Below, in pieces: positions 18,355 to 27,169 of a DNA stretch of 64,000 nt. The translations under genes were made by a program, and so were the position numbers. Below the pieces are notes generated by a model. The model made no database searches, had not been told where the DNA came from, and was given only the letters and a program-made list of their open reading frames with translations. The stretch spans positions 992,001-1,056,000 of the forward strand of contig OZ251518.1 in NCBI GenBank assembly GCA_965242965.1, in the 5' to 3' direction. The first letter of the stretch is position 1; each line of letters opens with the position of its first letter. The stretch is from Candidatus Poribacteria bacterium (GTDB lineage: Bacteria > Poribacteria > WGA-4E > WGA-3G).

Positions 18355-19404
18355 ATGCCTCTAAAATTCATTGATCTCTTTGCCGGATGCGGTGGCATGA
18401 CACTCGGATTCCAAAACGCGGGATTTGAACCTGTCGCCGCGTTTGATAATTGGAAAGCTGCCGGCCAAGTCTACCGTGCCAATTTCGCGCACGAGATCCA
18501 CGAACTTGACCTGGGTGACTGGCAGCAGTGCCTCGCAACGCTCACCTCCTATCCGTTTGACATGATTATTGGCGGCCCGCCGTGCCAAGATTTTTCGCAC
18601 GCCGGCAAACGGAATGAAAACTTAGGGCGCGCTGCGCTGACGGTGAGTTTCGCGCAGCTTGTCGCGCACACGAAGCCGAGATGGTTCGTCATGGAGAACG
18701 TGGATAGAGCCGTGAGAAGCGAGAAATATCGCCGCGCCGTTGAGGTTCTCAGTGCCGCCGGGTATGCGCTAACGCAACGGATATTAGAGGCGAATCTTTG
18801 CGGTGTGCCGCAGAAACGGAAGCGACTTTTCCTCATCGGCGAATTGGAGACATCTCACGAAGGTTCCGTTGCGAGTTATTTGGATGGCAATTTGACGGTG
18901 TCCAAACCGCTGACGGTGCGGGATTATTTGGGTGATGGGTTTCTTGAGATTGAGCACTATTATCGGCATCCGCGCAACTATAGCCGCCGTGCGGTTTTTA
19001 GCATCGATGAACCGAGTCCGACGGTGCGCGGTGTCAACCGTCCGATTCCGAAGACTTACCGGATGCATCCAAAGGACACCGCGCCGATTTCGGCTGCGGT
19101 CCGTCCACTCACAACGTTGGAACGGAGTTATTTGCAAACGTTTCCGAGAGGGTTCCATTTCAGCGGCTCGAAAACCAATTTGGAGCAGATGATAGGGAAT
19201 GCTGTCCCGGTAAAACAGGCGGAATATGTCGCGCGCTGCATTCGTGCCTGCCTTGAGAAGGGTGAAGGTGTGTTGAAGGGGAGGCAGTTGGATTTGTTTG
19301 AGGCGGCAGCCCCGGCGAAATTCATTGAACATCGAGACCAGGAGGTCTCTCCTACCGGAAGAAATCGAGACCGGGAGGTCTCTCCTACGGTGCCCTTACA
19401 TTGA
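18355..19404 (+). CDS. DNA (cytosine-5)-methyltransferase, M.HindV/M.HgiDI-like (probable GRCGYC)
   Basis: FAGCGG, GPPCQ, MENV, PQKRKR, IGNAVP; TRD YYRHPRNYSRRAVFSIDEPSPTVRGVNRP. Confidence 0.92.
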   Translation: MPLKFIDLFAGCGGMTLGFQNAGFEPVAAFDNWKAAGQVYRANFAHEIHELDLGDWQQCLATLTSYPFDMIIGGPPCQDFSHAGKRNENLGRAALTVSFAQLVAHTKPRWFVMENVDRAVRSEKYRRAVEVLSAAGYALTQRILEANLCGVPQKRKRLFLIGELETSHEGSVASYLDGNLTVSKPLTVRDYLGDGFLEIEHYYRHPRNYSRRAVFSIDEPSPTVRGVNRPIPKTYRMHPKDTAPISAAVRPLTTLERSYLQTFPRGFHFSGSKTNLEQMIGNAVPVKQAEYVARCIRACLEKGEGVLKGRQLDLFEAAAPAKFIEHRDQEVSPTGRNRDREVSPTVPLH

Positions 19405-19451
19405 GACAGGGAGGACGCGCGATAGGAAAGACATCCGGCATGACAATTCGG

Positions 19452-19685
19452 CTAATAGATAATACACGCGCCGCCCGCGCATACACTTCCTGTCTTCTGC
19501 GTGACATCCCCGGCGACGCTGTTTTCTTCGCCTGCCTCGAATTCGGAGACGAGTTGCGTTACCTTCGCTGGCGGCGGCGTGATACCGAATTGGAGAGCGT
19601 CGTTTTGCGTAAAGGTGACTGTGCATCCGGTGAATACCGCAGTTGCACAGAGAAGAGCCGCTATGAGAATTACCGTGGTTTTCAT
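19452..19685 (-). CDS. Small putative lipoprotein with C-terminal CAGGAC motif
   Basis: GGAGG SD; MKTTVILIAALLCATAVFTGC lipobox-like signal; 77 aa. Confidence 0.65.
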   Translation of the reverse strand: MKTTVILIAALLCATAVFTGCTVTFTQNDALQFGITPPPAKVTQLVSEFEAGEENSVAGDVTQKTGSVCAGGACIIY

Positions 19686-19687
19686 GA

Positions 19688-20806
19688 TTAAACCTCCACT
19701 TGCCGAAGATCGACCTGGTCCAGCGTGTTTGTGCCGATTTCCAGGCTGCTGGCAGTGTTGATATAGTTCGCTAGTTTGGAGACAGAGTTCAATTCCATCT
19801 CTTCGCGCTTCTGGTTGACCGTCTGAAGCACCAACACGTCGAGAATAACCGGGTCTGCGCTGACGAAGAGGGTGTTGAATTGCCACGTGCTATCGGCGTT
19901 GTATGTCGGGCCGTGGTCGAAGGAGGCGACGAGTCCGTCAACGATGTTCAGGATGAGTTTCTCCTTCAGCACTTTGTGTTGCAAGATTTCACCGACAGCG
20001 GGGTTGCAGTGAAGCGGTTTGGCATGGAATCGGCGCGTGTTATCAACGCTGCCGAAGGCGAGATTTTTGAGGCATCCGCTCACACCGGCTATTGCGTGAT
20101 GTTTCAAGACCGGCACGTTAATCAGCACATCTACCATCTGCGTTACGATGCGGGAATAGCGGGAGCGGATGCTGCCGTTTTCGCGACGTGAGAAACTGTC
20201 CTTTTCGGATTCGTAGAATACTTCGTCGTCATAGCCGATACCCTCTGTATCCGAGGCGAGGATTCGGACATCGTCTTCCTCCAGCGTTATAGGATAACCC
20301 GCGTTAAGGAGATGGTTTTCAAACCGGTCCCAGATAAGCACCTGTTTTCGGAGCACGCCGGCACCGTAAAGTCCCTCAATAATTTTATCGACGATGATAG
20401 CATGCGTGCTGAGCTCGGGGCCGCCGAGGGGATTAATCTTGATGCCGACGATGTCGTCCGGTAGCACGATGGCGCGCCATGCCTCTTTGGCGGAGTCGCG
20501 TCCTGTGAGTTTCATCATCGCCTGGTCAAGGAGCTCGCTGACGACATCCTCGTTGAGGCGGTTGCCTTCCCAGACCTGCTTACTGATAGCTTCCACCACG
20601 GGTGTGGACGGTTGTGCTTCTCCGAGTTCTGGCACGATTTGCTGTCCGCCAATTTGCGCGAGGGCGGGTAGCGTGCTGAGCGCAACGCCGCCGATGGTGC
20701 CGAGTTGCGTTAAAAATTGCCGCCTGTCAAGTGTATCATCCCGTTGGCGTGCCATCTCTTCGCTGTCGGCAAGAATGTTTGCAATAACCGAGTCTTCTGT
20801 TTTCAT
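19688..20806 (-). CDS. DUF362 domain protein with Tat-like signal
   Basis: RRQFL; VGIKIN; INVPVLKHH..GVSGCLKNL..G; SADPV.LD. Confidence 0.85.
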   Translation of the reverse strand: MKTEDSVIANILADSEEMARQRDDTLDRRQFLTQLGTIGGVALSTLPALAQIGGQQIVPELGEAQPSTPVVEAISKQVWEGNRLNEDVVSELLDQAMMKLTGRDSAKEAWRAIVLPDDIVGIKINPLGGPELSTHAIIVDKIIEGLYGAGVLRKQVLIWDRFENHLLNAGYPITLEEDDVRILASDTEGIGYDDEVFYESEKDSFSRRENGSIRSRYSRIVTQMVDVLINVPVLKHHAIAGVSGCLKNLAFGSVDNTRRFHAKPLHCNPAVGEILQHKVLKEKLILNIVDGLVASFDHGPTYNADSTWQFNTLFVSADPVILDVLVLQTVNQKREEMELNSVSKLANYINTASSLEIGTNTLDQVDLRQVEV

Positions 20807-20921
20807 ATTTTCTCAACCTTTGTCCGATTCTGCCCTGTTGAAATCAGGCGAGCTCAAACTACAGAGATTTCGGCACTGTTGCGTTCTGGTGATTTCAAAG
20901 CACAGCCGTGCGGTGCTGTCC

Positions 20922-21683
20922 TCAGAGTTTGCCTAATTCCTCAATGATTGTCGCAGGCGGCACCCGGCCTCCCAGTCGGACATCCAAAAACTTCCAGCCG
21001 ATTTTTCCCTCTTGTGTGAGGAGATAGGTTGTCGGGCGCGCGATGCGGTTGTTACCCGGGTCAACGACGTTATAGGCTCCAATAACCTCGCGTTCTGCAT
21101 CAGCGAGCAGCGGGAATTTGATGCCGTGGTTCTGCGCGGTGTTTCGGGTAGCGGCTTTTCCATCGGAACTGATGGCGATGAGTTCCGCGCCGGCGGCTTT
21201 AATGGCTGCGTAGTTATTTTGCAACTCGCCGAGTTGCGTTCTGCAAAAAGGTCACCAGCCGCCCCGGTAGAAGACTAATACCACTTTTTGTTTCCCGATA
21301 TAGTCGTTGAGCGCGTGCAATTTGCCATCGCCATTGGGCAATTCAAACGCTGGTGCTTGACTGCCGAGGCTCAAGCCTTCGCCCGGTTCCAGTTTCTCCA
21401 CGACCTCTACTTTTTCTTCTACGGGCTGCGGCGCGGGTTCAAGTGCCGGTTCTTCTTCCTGCAACTGCGCCGCTTCAACTTCCGGTTCCGGTTCAACGGC
21501 TTCGGCTGCGGGTGTTGGTTGCACGGTGACTTCTGTCGTTCCCGTTTCCACGCTGCCTTCTTCATCTGTTGTGCCGCAATTCAGTCCCGCGAACAACAAA
21601 AACGCCAGCGCGAGGCAAGGTAATCTCTGCAGGAAACCCTGCAGAGATGTTAGAAGAGGCGTAACGGTTCGTAGCTGCTTCAT
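20922..21683 (-). CDS. Peroxiredoxin-like (AhpC/TSA redoxin) selenolipoprotein, UxxC
   Basis: Two track ORFs are in frame across TGA 21252-21254, giving VVLVFYRGGW-U-PFCRTQL. Lipobox LFAGLNC. Hairpin 3' of the UGA. Confidence 0.85.
21221..21251 (-). promoter_or_regulatory. Candidate bacterial SECIS element
   Basis: GCAACTC-GGC-GAGTTGC stem-loop; the loop starts 21 nt after the UGA and contains G. Confidence 0.6.
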
Positions 21684-22474
21684 CGCTGTGTTCTCCGTTT
21701 TATTCTGCTCCATGTCGTGGTGAGTTTATCAACCGGTTCCACGGCGGCAGCGGTTTGGACACCTTCGTTCATGATGTTGTCCATTTGCTCTTCGTCAAGG
21801 GCGATGTCGAAAAGCGCGACATCGTCGATGATGCCGGTGGTATACCTATCGTAGTGTCGCCCGATGTGGAAGACTCCTTCGGAGGTGCCATATCCATCTT
21901 TTTCGTTGAATTTGATTTCGCCCTCCATTTTGCCATCTACCCAGAGGGATGCCGTGCCGGTGCTTGCATCGGCTCTGCCGACGATGAAGTGCCACTTGTC
22001 GTCGCCGACAAAGGTGGTGCCGTCGGCTCGGAAGCTCGTTCCGGCACTATCGCGGAGATAGAGGGTTACCTGGTTCCGCGAGCCGTCGTCCCAGAGCAGA
22101 TACCATGGGAGTGCCTGCGAGGTGTCCTCGTAGTTTTTTCCGACGAGTGCGCCGCCAACTTTGCTGCCCTTGAAATGGAGCGTAATCGTGAAAGAGGTTC
22201 CACCCTTGAACCCGACGGTGGGTGAATGCGGTACCTCTACCCAGTTGGCAACGCCGTCAAATTCGAGAGCTTTGCCGAATTTGCCATCAACCCACTTTGC
22301 ACCGTGGATCTCGCCGTCATTCCCTTGTTCAGAGGAATCTGTAGCTGTGTTGCCCTTGCCTTCGTCAAAAAGCCACATTCCCATGATATTTTCGCTGTCA
22401 ATGTTCGCACTGGTGTGCGGTGCGATGAGCCAAATAGCGATGAGACTTGCCAACGTTATTCGCAGTATGCGCAT
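21680..22474 (-). CDS. Secreted LamG-like jellyroll protein
   Basis: Signal peptide; WLFDEGKG, GKFGKALEFDG, WHFIV, GIIDDVALF; tail VEPVDKLTTTWSRIK. Confidence 0.9.
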   Translation of the reverse strand: MRILRITLASLIAIWLIAPHTSANIDSENIMGMWLFDEGKGNTATDSSEQGNDGEIHGAKWVDGKFGKALEFDGVANWVEVPHSPTVGFKGGTSFTITLHFKGSKVGGALVGKNYEDTSQALPWYLLWDDGSRNQVTLYLRDSAGTSFRADGTTFVGDDKWHFIVGRADASTGTASLWVDGKMEGEIKFNEKDGYGTSEGVFHIGRHYDRYTTGIIDDVALFDIALDEEQMDNIMNEGVQTAAAVEPVDKLTTTWSRIKRRTQR

Positions 22475-22594
22475 TTTGATTTCTCCTTTTTCTCAGATCT
22501 GGTAATAGAAATATGATACCATAGGTTTCACGATTTAAGCAAGTTTTTTTATGAGTGGGCAATTTAGTCATTGAAAATCAAGACCGGGAGAGAG

Positions 22595-22690
22595 TGCCTA
22601 CGGTATTGCATCGAGACCGGGAGGTCTCTCCTACCGGAAGAATCGAGACCGGGAGGTCTCGCCTACTGGGGGGAGTCAAGACCGGGAGGG
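22595..22690. repeat. Cluster of tcgagaccgggaggtctctcctac repeats
   Basis: Two full and two degenerate tandem copies. Confidence 0.8.
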
Positions 22691-22719
22691 CGTTTGTTGA
22701 GAATTGATGAAAATTTTTG

Positions 22720-22748
22720 TTGACAGATGCCGTTTCTTTTGATAGAAT
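22720..22748 (+). promoter_or_regulatory. sigma70 promoter
   Basis: TTGACA-N17-TAGAAT with extended TG. Confidence 0.65.
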
Positions 22749-22811
22749 TCGCGGATATAAACGGATTGATGGGAGGCAGAAAACGTTTTTATTTTCAACG
22801 ATTCCTCACAA

Positions 22812-23681
22812 ATGGCGAAGGCGCGATTTCTTGTTCCGTTGGTGGTTTTTGTATTTTTCTGCGAAATGGAAGTGGGTGCGGCGTTTGAAAATATTGGGCT
22901 TACCGCGCGGGCGATGGGTATGGGTGGTGCGTATTCAGCGGTGGCACGCGATACGAGCGCGCTGATATGGAATCCGGCAGGCGCGGCACAGATGTCCTCT
23001 CCCGAAATAGGACTCAGTTCCGTTGAACTCTACGGTTTGCTGAGTTATAGTTTTGTCGGCTGGGCGCATCCGATTCGGTTGGAGCAAACGGTAGGCGCGG
23101 CGGTGCTGAGTTCAAGCGATACGGAAGGCATCTCGCAGGAACGCGTTGTTTTGCTCTCAGCTGCCACGCGTATGCCGAGGGTTCCGCTGCATGTCGGGAT
23201 TAACGTCAAGTCCTTTTCGACTTCGGTTAATCTGGCACCGGGGGTGCGGCTAGGCAGCGGTGCGGGTTGGGGGATAGACTTCGGGCTGCAGTCTGCGTTA
23301 AAAATCCACGTAGGCGCGCTGAAAATCGGGCTGGTGCTTCCGAATTTGCTATCGCAAGTCGCTTACGAGCGCGAGGCGGCAGAACGTTACAGTGAATCAC
23401 TTTTGCGGGAATGGCGCATCGGCGTTGCACTGATGGGCGATGCTGGCTTAGTCGCCGTTGAGGTGGCGAACGGGCATCCCTTAATCGGCGGCGAGTATCG
23501 GTTTAATTCAGGAGATAACACGTTCGCCGTGCGGTTGGGATGGCGATTGACTGAAGGAGTGTCCCGTGGGCTTACTGCCGGGTTTGGCTATCACGGCGGC
23601 GATTTTGCGCTGGATTATGCTTTTGTGAGCGGGGCATCCACAACGCAGCGTTCGCTTTTTTCGGTTAGGATTTTCTATTGA
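22812..23681 (+). CDS. Outer-membrane beta-barrel, PorV/PorQ/UPF0164-like
   Basis: Signal peptide; ARAMGMGGAYSAVA.D.SALIWNPAG; DYAF; terminal aromatic beta-signal. Confidence 0.78.
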   Translation: MAKARFLVPLVVFVFFCEMEVGAAFENIGLTARAMGMGGAYSAVARDTSALIWNPAGAAQMSSPEIGLSSVELYGLLSYSFVGWAHPIRLEQTVGAAVLSSSDTEGISQERVVLLSAATRMPRVPLHVGINVKSFSTSVNLAPGVRLGSGAGWGIDFGLQSALKIHVGALKIGLVLPNLLSQVAYEREAAERYSESLLREWRIGVALMGDAGLVAVEVANGHPLIGGEYRFNSGDNTFAVRLGWRLTEGVSRGLTAGFGYHGGDFALDYAFVSGASTTQRSLFSVRIFY

Positions 23682-23783
23682 AAACTACCTGAACGCAAAG
23701 CACACGAACAGTTCTGGCAATCTGTCCTTACCGTGCCTTTGAGAGTTGTCAGGGAGGATTTCTCTATCCGCTCGCAGTGTTTC

Positions 23784-24554
23784 TTATTTCCGCAAGATGC
23801 ATGACAACAACTCACTATCTACAGACGAATGGGCAATCCAAAACGGCGATGCCGCTATTTCTTCCCTGAGGTCAGCTGCTAAAAAGAAGTGGACGTAATT
23901 CGGCGTGCCGAGTGTGAAATTGTCACCTGCCTCTAGCGTCTCGTAGTCGGAAGCGAATTGATGGTAGTTGTCATCGTAAGTGGATTCGTAACTGTCACAG
24001 AAAGAATCGAGAATTTGCTGAGATAGGTAGAAATATCCGTTTGGCGTTAGTATTCGAGCGATTTCTGCCAAAAAAGCGATTCGTGCTGCGCGGTGTGGGA
24101 TATAGCAGTAGGTTTTCACCAAGAACGCCGCGTCAAATGAGGCATTGGGAAACGGCAATGTCGGCGGTTCGTAGCGGAGGAACGTTGCGCTGCAGTCACG
24201 TTGTTGGGCGAATTGTTGTGCTTGCGCAATCTGTTCTTCTGCGACATCAATGCCGGTGGTGGCATATTCTTGTTTCGCGAGTGCAAAGACGAGCCGCCCC
24301 GTTGCGCAGCCGATGTCAAGGCATCGGCTACCTGCCGGGAGCGCATCAACGAATGCCTGTTCGGTTTTGGAGAGCCCGTTGTCCGCTTCGTTGCTGCGTT
24401 GGGAGAGTTCTTCGGGGCGGTTGAACCATGCCTTTACGGAGTTGCGCAGGGATTGGGATTCCGTGTTCACCTTATCATCTTCAATAGAGGCATGGGCACT
24501 ATTTTTCGCCGAATTCTCGCGTTGCGGTTTGCTGAGCACGGCGTGCTTTTTCAC
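23784..24554 (-). CDS. Class I SAM-dependent methyltransferase
   Basis: LDIGCATG, GID, LPFPNASFD, RILTPNG. Start uncertain. Confidence 0.85.
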   Translation of the reverse strand: MKKHAVLSKPQRENSAKNSAHASIEDDKVNTESQSLRNSVKAWFNRPEELSQRSNEADNGLSKTEQAFVDALPAGSRCLDIGCATGRLVFALAKQEYATTGIDVAEEQIAQAQQFAQQRDCSATFLRYEPPTLPFPNASFDAAFLVKTYCYIPHRAARIAFLAEIARILTPNGYFYLSQQILDSFCDSYESTYDDNYHQFASDYETLEAGDNFTLGTPNYVHFFLAADLREEIAASPFWIAHSSVDSELLSCILRK

Positions 24555-25512
24555 TTTTTTGTTCCTTCTGCGCGGCGGCGACGCTCAATGCGAGTGCGTC
24601 GAATTTACCGGCGAGTGCGTCGATTCGGATTTCAAGTTCCTTTTTCGTTTCGGCGACGCTGTCGGCTAAAGCGGCGAGTTTGCGTTCCATCTCTGCTTTT
24701 GAGACGTTGCTATCGGCGGCGAGTGCGTCAAATTTGCCGGCGAGCGCGGCGAGTTTGCGTTCCATCTCCGTTTGAAAGAGAGCGACATCGGTGGAGAGAT
24801 GGTCGAATTTCTCAGAGAGAAGGTTAAATTTGTCGGCGAGTGCCTCGAATTTCGCTTCAAGCTCCTCTTTCGTTTCGGCGACACTGTCGGCGAGTGCCTC
24901 GAATTTCGCTACCATCTCCCGTTTGAAAAGTTCGACTTCCTTAGTGAGGTTGTCAAATTTGGCACCGAGCGTGTCAAACCGGCTGTCCATTATGCGATTC
25001 GTTAAGGCGACGTTTGCCGCCACGTTGGCTATCTGCTCGGTGAGATTCTGATGTGAAATGTCCAGTCTCTCAGCAAGCTGCTGATAGGCAGCCTTCAACT
25101 GTTCAACAGCATTTCGCTGCGAATTCTCCATCTGGTCCATCCGATTGGACAGTTCATCATGAGAAGTTCGCTGCGAATTCTCCATCTGGCTCAACTGATT
25201 GGAGAGCTCACCGTGAGACTGTTGCTGCGAATTCTCTGTCTGGTCCAGCCGACTGGAGAGTTCGGCATGAGAAGTTCGCTGCGAATTCTCCATCCGGTCC
25301 ATCCGATTGGACAGTTCTGCCCGCAGATTTTGAAATGCCGCCTCTATCCGCTCGGCGAAATTCCGTTGTGAATTCTCCATCCGGTCTAACCGATTAGAGA
25401 GTTCGTCTTGTTTTCGTTTTCGGTTCCACAGCCATGCTGCGAGTAAGGCGATGCCGGTGGCGATGAGGGATGTGAGGATGCCCGGCAGCATTTCTACGAG
25501 AAACGTGTTCAT
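24499..25512 (-). CDS. N-terminally membrane-anchored coiled-coil repeat protein (copy 2)
   Basis: TM residues ~8-29; 18-aa repeats ELSNRMDRMENSQRTSH; KFEALA repeats; GGAGG SD. Confidence 0.85.
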   Translation of the reverse strand: MNTFLVEMLPGILTSLIATGIALLAAWLWNRKRKQDELSNRLDRMENSQRNFAERIEAAFQNLRAELSNRMDRMENSQRTSHAELSSRLDQTENSQQQSHGELSNQLSQMENSQRTSHDELSNRMDQMENSQRNAVEQLKAAYQQLAERLDISHQNLTEQIANVAANVALTNRIMDSRFDTLGAKFDNLTKEVELFKREMVAKFEALADSVAETKEELEAKFEALADKFNLLSEKFDHLSTDVALFQTEMERKLAALAGKFDALAADSNVSKAEMERKLAALADSVAETKKELEIRIDALAGKFDALALSVAAAQKEQKSEKARRAQQTATREFGEK

Positions 25513-25542
25513 AAGAGATTCCTCCTTTTTTTGTTTAAGGAT

Positions 25543-25571
25543 AGTATACCGTGAAACTTCAGGAATGTCAA
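25543..25571 (-). promoter_or_regulatory. sigma70 promoter (duplicated with its gene)
   Basis: TTGACA-N17-TATACT; twin at 26379-26407. Confidence 0.75.
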
Positions 25572-25588
25572 GCGATATTTTCGGTTTA

Positions 25589-26344
25589 TCAGCGGCAGTC
25601 CGTTTTCTGTTCTGCGTCTTGCCGGTCTCGGCGTGCTTTTTCGGTATTCTGCGCGGCGGCGACGCTCAATGCGAGTGCGTCGAATTTACCGGCGAGTGCG
25701 TCGATTCGGATTTCAAGTTCCTTTTTCGTTTCGGCGACGCTGTCCGATAAAGCGGCGAGTTTGCGTTCCATCTCTGCTTTTGAGACGTTGCCATCGGCGG
25801 CGAGTGCGTCAAATTTGCCGGTGAGTGCGGCGAGTTTGCGTTCCATCTCCGTTTGGAAGAGGCCGACATCTGCAGCCAGCCGGTCGAATTTCGCCTCAAG
25901 TTCCTTCCTAGATAGGGCGACGGTGACAGACAATGCCTCGAATTTCGCCTCAAGTTCCTTTTTCGTCTCGGCGACGCTATCGGCGAGTGCCTCGAATTTC
26001 GCTACCATCTCCCGTTTGAAAAGTTCGACTTCCTTGGTGAGGTTGTCAAATTTGGCACCGAGCGTGTCAAACCGACTGTCCATTATGCGATTCGTTAAGG
26101 CGACGCTTGCCGCCACATTCGCTATCTGCTCGGCGAGATGCTGATGCGAAGCCTCCAGCCGGTCCAGCCAATTGGAGAGCTCGGCATGAGAGTTTTGACG
26201 CGAATTCTCCATCCGGTCTAGCCGATTGGAGAGTTCGTCTTGTTTTCGTTTTCGGTTCCACAGCCATGCTGCGAGTAAGGCGATGCCAGTCGCGATGAGG
26301 GATGTGAGGATGCCCGGCAGCATTTCTACGAGAAACGTATTCAT
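25589..26344 (-). CDS. N-terminally membrane-anchored coiled-coil repeat protein (copy 1)
   Basis: First ~48 aa identical to copy 2; fewer 18-aa repeats. Confidence 0.85.
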   Translation of the reverse strand: MNTFLVEMLPGILTSLIATGIALLAAWLWNRKRKQDELSNRLDRMENSRQNSHAELSNWLDRLEASHQHLAEQIANVAASVALTNRIMDSRFDTLGAKFDNLTKEVELFKREMVAKFEALADSVAETKKELEAKFEALSVTVALSRKELEAKFDRLAADVGLFQTEMERKLAALTGKFDALAADGNVSKAEMERKLAALSDSVAETKKELEIRIDALAGKFDALALSVAAAQNTEKARRDRQDAEQKTDCR

Positions 26345-26378
26345 AAGAGATTCCTCCTCTTTTTTGTTGGTTAAGAGT

Positions 26379-26407
26379 AGTATATCATGAAACTTTAGGA
26401 ATGTCAA
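26379..26407 (-). promoter_or_regulatory. sigma70 promoter
   Basis: TTGACA-N17-TATACT. Confidence 0.75.
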
Positions 26408-26597
26408 GTGGTTTTTTGGGTTTATTGGGATTCGGTTAGATTTTCGTCATTTTTGGCATGGCGAGGGACAGGCCCTCGCCCTACGGTAGCGGGGACAGAT
26501 TGAGATACATACGGTGAGGGACAAGCACCTCGCCCTACGTTCGTAGGGACAGATTGGGATATAGCGAGGGACAAGTCCTCACCCGACAGGTGTTGTT

Positions 26598-27092
26598 CTA
26601 AGTTGCGTGTCCGATGAGTAATATCGCCGCGGGGAGCGATGTCGCTTCTGCCTTCGCGAAGGCACGGGCAATGCACCCAATATCCCCCTCGGTCTCCAGC
26701 ATTTCGTAAGGCAAACGCCACGCTCTCAACGTCGGTTCAAGGAAGGTGGCGACAGAGTCTATCCACTGCCCCTCGGCATCGCGATTGTGATACCCGCGAT
26801 ACCCAATGAAGATTACTACCGGCACCTGCATGTTGACGACAGTGCCACGGATCGCGTCGCCAGACTCTAAAAAGCCGGTGTTTTGGATGATGATAACGGG
26901 CTGCTTGCCGCCGACGTATAACCCGGATGCAATGGCGAATGCCTCGCCTTCGCGCGTCACCGTGATGACTTCAATGTCGGGTTCTGCACGCAGGCGTTCG
27001 TATATCAGCGCGCTGCCGTTATCGGGAACGCCTACGGCGTGCGTGATGCCCTGTTCTTTTAATGCGTTAACGATGTTTTGTGCTGATGCCAT
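26598..27092 (-). CDS. TPP-enzyme N-terminal domain protein (sulfopyruvate/phosphonopyruvate decarboxylase alpha-like)
   Basis: GVPD, VTREGEAFAIASG, QNTG, IGYRG. Confidence 0.82.
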   Translation of the reverse strand: MASAQNIVNALKEQGITHAVGVPDNGSALIYERLRAEPDIEVITVTREGEAFAIASGLYVGGKQPVIIIQNTGFLESGDAIRGTVVNMQVPVVIFIGYRGYHNRDAEGQWIDSVATFLEPTLRAWRLPYEMLETEGDIGCIARAFAKAEATSLPAAILLIGHAT

Positions 27093-27169
27093 TTTTTGCT
27101 CCTATTAGCGTCTTATTGCGGTTAGGAATGGGCGGATGTGGACATCCGCCCTGACTAGAGATTGCGCAT

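Noticed and set aside
20922-21713. Two separate genes or a nonsense pseudogene
   Set aside because: The TGA sits at the catalytic Cys position with a downstream hairpin, so selenocysteine is the simpler explanation.
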